From assembly GCA_964016885.1 (NCBI GenBank), contig OZ024747.1, positions 44,330,001-44,394,000 on the forward strand: 64,000 nt of DNA, in the 5' to 3' direction. The stretch is from Eledone cirrhosa. Taxonomy: Eukaryota. The notes under the pieces were generated by a model that was not told where the DNA came from, did no database searches, and saw nothing but the letters and a program-made list of their open reading frames with translations. Position 1 is the stretch's first letter; each line of letters begins with the position of its first letter. Position numbers and translations under genes: made by a program. This document shows, in pieces, positions 29,095 through 41,400 of this stretch.

Positions 29095-29729
29095 AGGTAA
29101 AGCCTTTACCATGAAAATATAATAGTATATATAGAGTAATGTGAATGCTAAAGAAATAAAGTGTGAGGTAAAGCCTTTACCATGAAAATATAATAGTATA
29201 TATAGAGTAATGTGAATGCTAAAGGGTTAAAGTGTGAGGTAAAGACTTTACCATGAAAATATAATAGTATATATAGAGTAATGTTTATGCTAAAGGGTTA
29301 AAGTGTGAGGTAAAGCCTTTATCATGAAAATATAAAAGTATATATAGAGTAATGTTTATGCTAAAGGGTTAAAGTGTGAGGTAAAGCCTTTATCATGAAA
29401 ATATAATAGTATATATAGAGTAATGTTTATGCTAAAGGGTTAAAGTGTGAGGTAAAGCCTTTACCATGAAAATATAATAGTATATATAGAGTAATGTTTA
29501 TGCTAAAGGGTTAAAGTGTAAGGTAAAGCCTTTATCATGAAAATATAATAGTATATATAGAGTAATGTTTATGCTAAAGGGATAAAGTGTGAGGTAAAGC
29601 CTTTACCATGAAAATATAATAGTATATATAGAGTAATGTTTATGTTAAAGGGTTAAAGTGTGAGGTAAAGCCTTTACCATGAAAATATAATAGTATATAT
29701 AGAGTAATGTTTATGCTAAAGGGTTAAAG
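29095..29729. repeat. 71-bp tandem minisatellite, ~9 copies
   Basis: gtgt(g/a)aggtaaag recurs at 29161, 29232, 29303, 29374, 29445, 29516, 29587, 29658. Confidence 0.95.
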
Positions 29730-29994
29730 CATGTTTCAGCCTGGTGGAGGCCAACATTCTCCATATATGATTCCAGCTGATATTTTCTATAAAGGAAGAA
29801 TCGACCCCAGTACTGGACTGGTACTTTTATTGACCTAGAAAAGAAGGTAGGCAAACTTGAACTCAGAGTGCTTAATGAAGTTGGACAAATACCGTAAGGC
29901 ATTCTATCATAGGTCTTATGACTGCCACCATATATATATATATATATATATATGGTGGCAGTCATATAAATATACATATATACATATATACATG

Positions 29995-30029
<35 letters not shown>

Positions 30030-30080
30030 GGTGGCAGTCATATAAATATACATATATACATATATACATATATATATATG

Positions 30081-30119
<39 letters not shown>

Positions 30120-30168
30120 TGGCAGTCATATAAATATACATATATACATATATATACATATATATATG

Positions 30169-30237
<69 letters not shown>

Positions 30238-30353
30238 ATATACATATACATATATACATATATACATATACATATAGATATAGACATATACATATATATA
30301 GATATACATATATACATATACATATAGATATAGACATATACATATATATAGAT

Positions 30354-30398
<45 letters not shown>

Positions 30399-30517
30399 TA
30401 TATATATATATATTTCTATACTTTTCATTTATATATATTTATATATATTTATATATATATATATAATGAGATGATAGGGACTGGGGTCCATATCATTCCA
30501 CTGCAAAGAGGTCATGC

Positions 30518-30859
30518 AGGAGCCACTACAAAAAAACACCCAGCACTCACTGTAAATGAGGTTGGTGTTAGGAAGGGCATCCAGCTGTAGAAATCAAGCC
30601 AGAATCAGTTCTCGTCCCACCCTTGCAAGCAGGTAAAAGCTGACGTGAAATGATGATCATGATGATACATATATATATATATATCTATATATATCTATAT
30701 ATATATATATATATATATCATCATCATTTTACGTCAGCTTTTACCTGCTTGCAAGGGTGGGACGAGAACTGATTCTGGCTTGATTTCTACAGCTGGATGC
30801 CCTTCCTAACACCAACCTCATTTACAGTGAGTGCTGGGTGTTTTTTTGTAGTGGCTCCT
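30518..30859. repeat. Near-perfect inverted duplication of a SINE tail around a (TA)n spacer
   Basis: aggagccactac...gctgacgt(g)aaatgatga mirrored by tcatcattttacgtcagc...gtagtggctcct. Confidence 0.9.
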
Positions 30860-30919
<60 letters not shown>

Positions 30920-31506
30920 TCATCATCATCATCATCACGTTTAACGTCCATATTCCACGCTTGCATGGGTTTGGACGGGAGTTTTCCCACTTGAGGCAAG
31001 AGTGGTTGTCTTGCTCGCATAGGACTGTCTGGCGGGTTTTCTACGGCTGGATGCCCTTCCTAACACCAACCACATTTACAGTGTGGAACTGGGAGGTTTT
31101 TACCATGTTACCTACACGGCCACATTACACCGTGGACTGTGTGTTTTTTTGTCGTGACACCTACACAACCTCATTCATTTCGGGCTGGATGTTGTGGTAC
31201 CAACATAACTTTACATTGAAAGGGGTGGTGTGGCTGGGGTGGGGGTAGTGGGACGGGGGTGTATTTTGTTAGAGATGCCTACTGACTGTAGTAGGTTTCA
31301 CTTTGTACTTATGTAAGGCAGGTCTTCTCTATTACTGTGTAGCGCCAAATATCTCGGTCCAGTGACATTGTCTTGGACAGGTGTAAGTGTGTGAGGTCGG
31401 TATTTATCAAGTCGTCCTAATATATATATATGTGTATATGTATCTATATATACATATATATATATAGATACATATACACATATATAGATATATGTATATA
31501 TATATG

Positions 31507-31938
<432 letters not shown>

Positions 31939-31939
31939 A

Positions 31940-32027
31940 TTTATATATGTATATATATATATGTATATATATGTATATGTACATATACATATACATATAT
32001 ATACATATATATATATACATATACATA

Positions 32028-32063
<36 letters not shown>

Positions 32064-32126
32064 CACACATATATATATATACATATACATATATATACAT
32101 ATACATATATATATATATATATATAC

Positions 32127-32175
<49 letters not shown>

Positions 32176-32200
32176 CATATACATATACATGTATATATAC

Positions 32201-32247
<47 letters not shown>

Positions 32248-32306
32248 CATGTATATATACATATAGATATATATATACATATACATATATATATACATAC
32301 ATATAC

Positions 32307-32359
<53 letters not shown>

Positions 32360-32727
32360 CATATATATATATATACATATATATATACATATATACATAT
32401 ACAAAATATGATTCCAGTTCCTCAGTGAAATAACCCAACCAGGAACTGGGCATATCAGAGTATTGACAAAGTTATACACCTCAACAACATGTGTACTTGT
32501 CTCTACCATACTAATTCAGACTGCCTGATCAGCTCACAGCCAAAGATGGCTGTCACTGAAATATATATAGCAGTAATGAACGAAGCCAAATTTTAAACAT
32601 TTGACTTATTTATTTTATTTTACATTACTCCAGAGTCGCCAAACCAACCTGCGCACTTCGTCGAGTGCTCCAATCTGCATACCGAGGTGTTGGTATACAA
32701 CCAACATATACTCAAAATATATACATA

Positions 32728-32808
<81 letters not shown>

Positions 32809-32866
32809 ATACACACACACATATATATATATACATATATATATGTGTATGTGTATATATATATTA

Positions 32867-32898
<32 letters not shown>

Positions 32899-33003
32899 CA
32901 TATATATATGGGTGTGTGTATATATATATATACATATATATATATGTGTCTGTGTATATATATATATATACATATATTTATATATATATGTCTCTGTGTG
33001 TAA

Positions 33004-33038
<35 letters not shown>

Positions 33039-33450
33039 TATATATATACAAACACACACTCATATATATATATATACATATACACATATACATATATATA
33101 CACACACATCTTGATGATGAGGATACATATACACACACATATATGTATACATACATATGTACATATATATATATATATACATATATACATATACATATAT
33201 ACATAGACATATATATATATACATATACATATATATATAAATATACAAATATATATATATATATATATACAGACATACAGTAGTATGTATATACTATGTA
33301 TACTATATGTATACGTCTGTATACATATATCTATGTACGTATACATACTTATATTTAAGTATTAGCCGTACTAAGAGTGAGAAATGAAATTTCATTTTTT
33401 CCATTTATATATATATAAATACACACACACACACATATATATATATATAT
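31940..33450. repeat. (TA)n/(CA)n compound microsatellites interrupted by a unique segment (~32400-32720)
   Basis: Direct inspection. Confidence 0.9.
32520..32574 (+). ncRNA. Degenerate minimal type-I hammerhead ribozyme motif (PLE-type)
   Basis: ACUGC-CUGAUCA-gcuc-ACAGCC-aaagau-GGCUGU-cacu-GAAA-UAUAUA-UA/GCAGU; core G8 is replaced by C. Confidence 0.55.
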
Positions 33451-33779
33451 GGAGGCACATGGCTTAGTGGTTAGAGCATTGGCCTTGCAATCGAAGGGTT
33501 GTGAGTTCAATTCTCAGATCGGGTGATGTGTTGTTTCCTTGAGCAAGACACTTTATTTCACATTGCTCCAGTTTACTCAGCTGTAGAAATGAGATGATAG
33601 GGACTGGGGTCCCTATCATTCCACTGCAAAGTGGTCGTGTAGGTGCCACGGCAAAAAAGCACCCAGCACTCACTGTAAATGAGGTTGGTGTTAGAAAGGG
33701 CATCCAGCTGTAGAAATCAAGCCAGAACCAGTTCCCTTCCCAAGCGTGGAACACGGACGTTAAACGTTGATGATGATGA

Positions 33780-33783
<4 letters not shown>
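33451..33783 (+). mobile_element. CORE-type SINE
   Basis: tRNA-like head directly after (TA)n, CORE-like segment, (ATG)n tail. Confidence 0.85.
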
Positions 33784-33828
<45 letters not shown>

Positions 33829-34241
33829 TATACACACACACACATATATACACACACACACACATACAGCTGGAAAAGCGTCTTCCTCACCGACCTCCAG
33901 GGAAATGCCATCTTTATTCTGTCCCCTATGGCAGGCTGCTCACGCAGCCCCCATTTGCTCACAACAGTGAGAGATGGGGAGAGCAGGAGGGATAGAAGCA
34001 GACGCAGTGGGAGATTGCTTCTTTTGTGTTCGGACCTGATGTAATGGGTGTATAAGAGAGTTATCCTTTATATGATACTAATGAAATCAAATCTAGCGAT
34101 ATTTGGGACAAGTTGTTAAAACCAATTTCTCTACTATGAAACTGATATTTAGACATAATTGTTTACATAACTAGCTAGTCCTTACCTACCCCCAACCATA
34201 TACTGTTTTGCTGCACATTTAAGGGACATATGACTCAGTAT

Positions 34242-34588
34242 CCAGCTAACCTCAGTCTCCTCTGTGTCACTTTTGAGCTTGCTTTTGGGATGCTCCCATA
34301 CAGCTCTGAGTCTTTCATCCTCAGTGTATACTGATTAATGTTCAGAGCCATCCTCAACATTCTCGTGTAGCACCCATCCACCATCATCCAGAGTTGACAT
34401 TGCACTTAGTGCTCCTTTGGGAGCCCCTACATGGACACACTAGAAGAGGAAGACCAAGGTTAACGTGTGTTGATGCCCTAAGGACAGACACTGGTCTGTT
34501 GGAGACGCAGGACATGGCAGCGATAATGAGGGACAGAGACCGCTGGAGAGAACTCGTCCATGGATCTCGGGAATTTTACCCGCCTTAG
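34242..34588 (+). mobile_element. RTE LINE 3' insertion with 5' inversion and 12-bp TSD
   Basis: Minus segment ~34384->34242 encodes DGCYTRMLRMALNI...ELYGSIPKASSKVTQRRLRLAG. Plus segment from 34385 encodes HPELTLHLVLLWEPLHGHTRRGRPRLT...WRELVHG. TSD atgactcagtat at 34230-34241 and 34589-34600. Confidence 0.88.
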
Positions 34589-35262
34589 ATGACTCAGTAT
34601 GGATAACCCTGTCACATGTCATTTCCAATGCTCAGGCCACTCTTCCCAACATGTTTCAGTCCTTGTTGTCCTTTTACATCACGGATCACAGGCCTCATAC
34701 ACCAGGACTGAGCAGATTCTGAGTTTGCATCTTGGGACCAGTTTCCTCAATGGACTCAAATCCTCACCCCAATTTCTTTAATCTTACATACATATGCTCG
34801 TGCTTACTTCTGTACCCCTTGCCATTGTCACCATTACCTCGTACGTTGTCACACACACACGCACACGTTCATTCACCCCCTGGGTTCCTATGGTTCTGTT
34901 AAGGTCAGAAACAAACACCATCTTATATAGACCAACAAAAAACGCACACACACACACACCTATATTTACCTTCATAGCTCTGTACAGACACACACCCTTA
35001 TTATACATACATTTGCTCACAGCTTCCGTACTTACAAACACACACACTTTTACTTATGTCTACACATACATATCCCCTTAACTTCATACAGACATATAAA
35101 AGAGCACACACACACACACATATATGCACAGCTCTATATACAAAAGCACTTTTTTCCCCCTTCAGGTTGACGTGCTCGATCACCGCCGTTTCAAAAAAGT
35201 ATATCATACACAAAACGCCAGCATCTCCTCAATCTTCCTATTTCTTCTTTAATTTCTCATTC

Positions 35263-35303
35263 AATTTTCTGATGAAGGACTAGCGTCCAAAAGGTTAAGA
35301 CTC
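35263..35303 (+). ncRNA. Degenerate minimal hammerhead-like motif
   Basis: CUGAUGA-A-GGAC-uagc-GUCC-AAAA-GG-UUA vs the expected ...GUCC-GAAA-CG-UUA. Confidence 0.4.
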
Positions 35304-35364
35304 TTTTCCTACAATATCAATCGTAAACCTAATAATATATATAGACAATATGCCCCCACACCCT

Positions 35365-35812
35365 CCCACTGCAAAGTGGTCGTGGAGGTGCCAAGGCAAA
35401 AAAGCACCCAGCCCACACTGTAAAATGGACGTGTAGGCGCCACAGAAAAAAAGCACCCAGCACTCTCTGTAAATGAGGTTGGTGTTAGGAAGGGCATCCA
35501 GCAGTAGAAATCAAGCCAAAATCAGTTCCTGTATGAGCAAGACAAGGTCAGCCAACCAGACACTGCTCACAACAGGACAACCCGTCTAACCCATGCTAGC
35601 GTGGAAGAACGGACGTTGACCTTCAGTCTTCTATTCATAGCTGAGGCTTTCAAAATATCATCATCATCGTTTAACGTCCATCTTCATGCTAGCATGGGTA
35701 GGACGGGCAACTCTTTGTGAGAGATCAGGTTAGAGAACCTTGCTTTGCACACAGGGAACTGATTTTGGCTTGTTTTCTCCAGCTTTATGCCCTTCCTAAC
35801 ATCAACCACATT
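35365..35812. mobile_element. Two SINE tails in tail-to-tail orientation (+ ~35365-35620; - ~35660-35812)
   Basis: ggtgttaggaagggcatcc...acccatgctagcgtggaag and its diverged reverse complement. Confidence 0.7.
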
Positions 35813-35837
35813 TTCATTTATAAGTTGATATATATAT

Positions 35838-36117
35838 ATATTATTCAAAATATTAATAAATGAAAAATATTCTCATAATCAAAATATATATTTTATTATA
35901 CATATTTCAAAGGTACTCTGGTGTTTAAGTACGTTTTCATCAGACTGCCAATACTGGAATTGAATAATAAAAACCGTAGCGGTATGTCACATATCAAATC
36001 TTATATTTTGTCTGATGAAAACGTACTTAAACACCATTGTACCTTTGAAATATGTATAATAAAATATATATTTTGATTATGAGAATATTTTTCATTTATT
36101 AATATTTTGAATAATAT
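35838..36117. mobile_element. Inverted repeat (~108-bp arms) carrying hammerhead cores; probable Penelope-like element pLTR relic
   Basis: Arms 35838-35945 and 36010-36117 are nearly identical; 64-bp spacer. Confidence 0.6.
36002..36068 (+). ncRNA. Minimal type-I hammerhead ribozyme with complete core
   Basis: UAUAUUUUGU-CUGAUGA-AAAcGUAC-loop-GUACcUUU-GAAA-UAUGUA-UA/AUAAAAUAUA; 10-bp stem I; predicted cleavage after 36058. Confidence 0.7.
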
Positions 36118-37122
36118 TATATATAGATACTCCAGGAAAACCTTCTGTCGAGTGCTTCTAATCTATTGTAAAATTGTATTCGTTGAATAATCAATGAACC
36201 ATATTAATCTTTGGTTATATATATATATATAAAGTTTATGATGATGTTAGCTGTTCAAGTACAGATTTCAGGGGTTAGGGTATAAACAATATTGGTTTTT
36301 GGTGTGTTAAATGTTCGTATATTATGACAACTACACTATACACTAGTGTAGACGGGGCTCCATTAGTGGAAAATATGATGTAAACAGATAGTGTGTGTGT
36401 ATGTGTATGAGTGTATGGAAGCTATGATACCTTTATTGTAGAGGTTTATATGAATTATAATTAGGAAAATGAACACATCTTTGGGAAATGCCTAAGTTTG
36501 TGGGGAAGAGGAAGCCCATTTTCACATGCCACCAGTAAAGAAAGTGACCAATTGTTTCAATCAGATTTAGAGCAACAGGTGTATACATCATCATCATCAT
36601 CAATGTAGGCTTAACTGTTCATGCTTGCATGGGTTGTATAGGTCCTCTCCAGCGTAGCCTATCACCACTTGTAAGAAAGTATTCTCTCACGGGATTGGGT
36701 TGTCAGAGGCAAAGATAAAAAAAATCAAAAAATTTCTCTGCATTTAGAAATAAAAAAATAAATAAAATGGTTTAAAGATTTATCTGTGTGGATGTAGTAT
36801 ATAAAATGAAGGGTTAAGTTAGAGGTAAAAGTTAATCATGTTAACTTTTACACAGAAGGAAATATTACAGCTGATGGAGGCTTCTGATAAATAGAAGGAT
36901 TGCTCCAGAATTAGTAAATATGCACTTCACATGAAACTAAGATATACCACAGCATTTGGGCAAGTAGGATGGTTTATTGACATTGAATGATAACATCTGT
37001 TTAGTACACAAAGATATTTCATGCCCTATAAAGATTTCCTATTAACCTGAGTCATCCCGTGTATTATTTTGACTATAATAAATAGCCTTACAAGTAATTC
37101 CTGACACTTTTATACATATTGC

Positions 37123-37592
37123 TTAACCCTTTCGTTAGCATATTTCTAATGAAAGACAGTCTATAACTTTCAATCAATTTTTTTTTAAATCAAGAATTTG
37201 GAGGGAATCAGTAATATAACTAACTTTCTCATTATTATAATGATGTTTAGGGTGGTGGATTGGCAGTATCAGTTGGGCGTCGGACAACATGCTTTGCAGC
37301 ATAGAGTTACGGCTCGTTACATTCTGAGTTCCAAACCCGCCAAGGTTAGCTTTGCTTTTCATACTTATGGGGTCGATAAATAAAGCACCAGTAATGTACT
37401 GGGGTCAATTTAATCGACTTTCCTCTCCTCCAAAAATTGTTGGCCTTGTGCCTCAACCAGAAATCATTATTAAGGTGATGTTTGGAATAAATTAGGAAGG
37501 AAGGTTTGCTTTAGATAAAATACTTTAAAAAACAAAATAACTTTATATCATAGAACCAGGGGTTGTTTTTGATGGTTAGTTATCAAAAGGGA
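37123..37592. mobile_element. piggyBac-like MITE split by a full-length Meta-type SINE (+, ~37250-37470)
   Basis: ttaaccctttcg start, aaaagggataa end; SINE head ggtggattggcagtatc. Confidence 0.7.
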
Positions 37593-38223
37593 TAATTTAC
37601 TCCAATGACATGCCCTAACCACTGGAATTTTATTTACACAAAAAAAAAAAAAGATAATAATAATTTATCATTATCATTTTTATGTCAATTTTCTATGCTG
37701 CCATGGGTTATACAGAACTTTTTGAGGCAATGTTTTACAGCCGGATGTCCTACCTAACACCAACATTTTTACTTGTGTTTTACGAAATGCTGGGATATGG
37801 TGTACCTACTCTAAGGTTGGTACTGCTATAAATTGTAGCCTCAATAATTACAGGAAACAAATTATGGCCACAGAGCCATCATTTCAATGTGGCTTCTACT
37901 AGAGGTTATAGTAAAATTGGCTGCAGTTCAATGATTGAAACCAATTAAAGCAATGAATTAAAATAAAAAAGAAAAGAACAAAAAAACAAAACAAATATGT
38001 GTACATTCATGAAATAAAAACGTAAGTATTATACATGATCAACCTGGCACTTATTTTAGCTTTTTTTTTACTTTCTCAATATGTTGTCAAAAAATTTATT
38101 TATGTCTAATATGTTTAAATGGATTTATTGAAGAATGTTATAACATAACTGTTGAATAAATAAAAACAATTTGAAATTTTTGAGATAGGACTTGATAATA
38201 AAGGAAAGATTTCTGAAAACATG

Positions 38224-38470
38224 TTAACCCTTTAGATATCAGATTTCTAATTACAATCGATTAATTTCGAAAATAATCAAGAATTTATAGGGGTTTAGTA
38301 ATATAACTAACTTTCTCATTAATAATCTAGTGTCTGGAGCAAAACCTAACAAAGGTTCTTACATACAATTATGAAAGAAGGTTTTAATTTAAATATGAAC
38401 ACTTTAAAATAAATTGTTCTGTATCATAGAACCAGGTGTGGTTTCAGGTGATTTGGGATCAAAAGTTTTA
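38224..38470. mobile_element. piggyBac-like MITE copy
   Basis: ttaaccctttag start; colinear with the other copies. Confidence 0.6.
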
Positions 38471-41400
38471 AGTAAATTACCATGGATATGAGAAAACCTT
38501 AGCGTTTTTAAAATGCTATTTTAATTAGTTTAAAAGGTTGGTAGAAAATTAACTAGGTTTAGATTACAATTTTCTGTATAAGGAACAAGAGAGAAAATAT
38601 TTTGAATGAAACTATTTGATTTATAGTAAAATATTTGATATGTAGTAAAATATCTTGACTTCTGATACACGAGGGAGGAGGACAGGCTTCATGGTACTTA
38701 GTTTATTTCTTCAGATAAAAAGAAAGTAAAATTTCCCTTGATTTAGAGTACAAAGTATAACTCATTAAACATTATGGATAGGTTACTAGCTGACCTGTTA
38801 CTCTAAAGAAAACTGTATTATTGGTCAGTGAGGAGGCGGTTGCTTTTTATTTAAAACCAGAGTTGACCCCCAAAGTTCATAATGCTTTTTGAGGCTAGAT
38901 AGCGATATATAAAGTCTGAGGTTTCTTTATTCTTTATGGGGAAGGTATTTCATGTTTCCCTGATGCAGTATGAGAAGGTAATAGATAAACAGACACATGA
39001 AATAAAGTAGCAAGCATTGATCTTTGGCAACTGACCAGATATATAAATCAACTAATGGTAAAATGCAAGAGAGGAAAAGCAATTTATAGTAGAAAAGAGA
39101 AAACTTTAAAGATGCTAGTGATGGAGTGCTGAATCAACCCTGCCCATGATTGCAATAGCGAAAAGCCTCATATCATCAATGAAAACCTGTCAAAATGTGT
39201 GTGTCAGTGTATGTATTTCAACATATATATATATTTGTCAAACTACAATGGTTGAAGTGATGAGATGTTGGCTTTTCAATTCATGAGGGAATGCATGAGA
39301 AACATCATACTAAGTCCATTGACAAGATACTTATTTTGGCTGACCTAATCTACCTAGGTATAAGTTATTTACTAAGCATAATGCAATGTGAAAACAGAAT
39401 GCCAGAATGAAAAATCAGTTAAATGGCTTAAGTTAGCATTATTTCTTGTGCATTAACGACTAAAGATTTTATAAGAACAGCAAAAGTGTTCTAAAGCTGC
39501 CATGGTGGTGTCCATGCCGTTAGCCTTAGAATTATTCCTGACATTTATATAAAGATGTTCCATTTATTTCAATATTTAAAAATGTAAACTTAGGTTAACA
39601 TCCTAACATCCACCTCAACTCATTAATAGTATGTTAATGAGTACAGTGTCAATAATAAATATGTAGCTTTACTTAATACTTATGCAATGAGATTTTGAAA
39701 ACATTTAACGGATGCAAAATGAAAGCAGTTAGTTTGCTTAAATCAGCAGCTAGCCCAAAAATAGAATTAAAAAAACAACAACCCAGTATTTATTAAATCA
39801 AGTAGATATTTACAATGTTATTAATAGTATCTTAAAAGTCTTCAAATATGTATCAATATTCATCATTGCTACTTACAACAAATGTTTTTTTATGACAATA
39901 AATCATAGACAGTCCTATATTACTCAAATAAACCTCAGAAAGATGAAGAAAAAAAATCCATTCCTATAATAGTTTCTTTATAATTTTTCATGTCTGATGC
40001 TGTTGAAAGTAGTAATGAAATAATGCAATTCTACATATAAGTCCGACAATTTAGATTTAAACGGATGATGATTACAAAGCTGTGGTGTGATGCCTTTCAT
40101 AAGGGTATTAAATAAAGGACATAAGGGAATCATTTACGACTGGGAATTGAAGCTAATTTCTGAATCATTATATAATTTATTAGTAAAAAAATCTACATTA
40201 CAATGTCAAATTTCCCTATTCACAAAAATATTTCTTTTGTTGTACCGAAATGGCACATATATATTGCTAAACATAGATAATGAGGCGTGTAACATTTTTA
40301 TTTTGCTTTCTTATTTTTTTTTTGTCAATTTGTTTGCTGAGAATTATATTCATCGCAATTGTCAATTAAAGAGTCTAATGGATACAGACCATAAATATAC
40401 TTGGGGAACATTTTTTGATAGGCTATAATGCATAATATATTTTTGTCTATTATCTTGCTTTAACCTCCAAGGAATTACAATGGTAGCAGTATATTGTCAA
40501 ATATAACATTTAATCTGACTTTTATACCTTGCCTATAGTCAATGTAATTTCTATGATAGCACTCTCGTTTTTTTTAATTAAGTTGCTTTATTAGAAAATA
40601 ATATATTGAAGATAAGAAGCATCTATTCTGAAAATATTAATGTCTGTAAAATATTTTCAAAAAACCTAATAACAAAGAACTGAAACAAGAATATAGTTTC
40701 ATTGTTTGCATGTCCTGTAATATTCAGAAGGAAAATAAATTGTTCCAAGCTTGATTTTTTTTTCTATTCCTATAATCTGCAATGGTTAAAATTAATGAAC
40801 TAAAAGTTATTTTAATTTGACAGCATACTTAAAACTCTTGATCCAACAGGCTTAATTTTCTACAAATGATTTTACAATTAAAAAAATATCAAAACAAAAA
40901 CCAAATTGGTTGTTTACATTTCAAGAGCAACTTACATTGATTGGATTAAAAAAAAAAGAAAGAAAAAACTCTATTTCAAAGATGACTTATTTTCTAGATA
41001 GCAGTGATAAATATTCAGAATATATTTCACAGAGAGCTGTTTACCAACTATAGATTAAATGTTGTAGTCTTAAAAACAAAAAATTAAGTGATTTACAAAA
41101 ATATATAAGATATATATATAAATATATTTGAATATATATATAAATATATATAAATATATTTGAATAAACATTCATTGTTTTAATCAAGTAAAACAGAGAT
41201 CAATTTTTAAATAAAACTTTTGATGTTTGGTTTTAGATATCCAAATACTATTGATTGTAACTACTTTTGTAACACCTTATGCTGTTACAAAGGAAGTGTT
41301 ATTATTTTAAATGAAAATAGAATTTCAAAACTTCACAATAATTGTGTACCCGTATTTAATCCTCCTGATAACAAATCACCTGAAACTGTTGCAGGTTCAA

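Noticed and set aside
29095-29729. CRISPR-like array
   Set aside because: Whole units repeat with no unique spacers, there are no cas genes, and the context is eukaryotic
36270-36282. Telomere-like ggggttaggg
   Set aside because: Single unit, expected by chance
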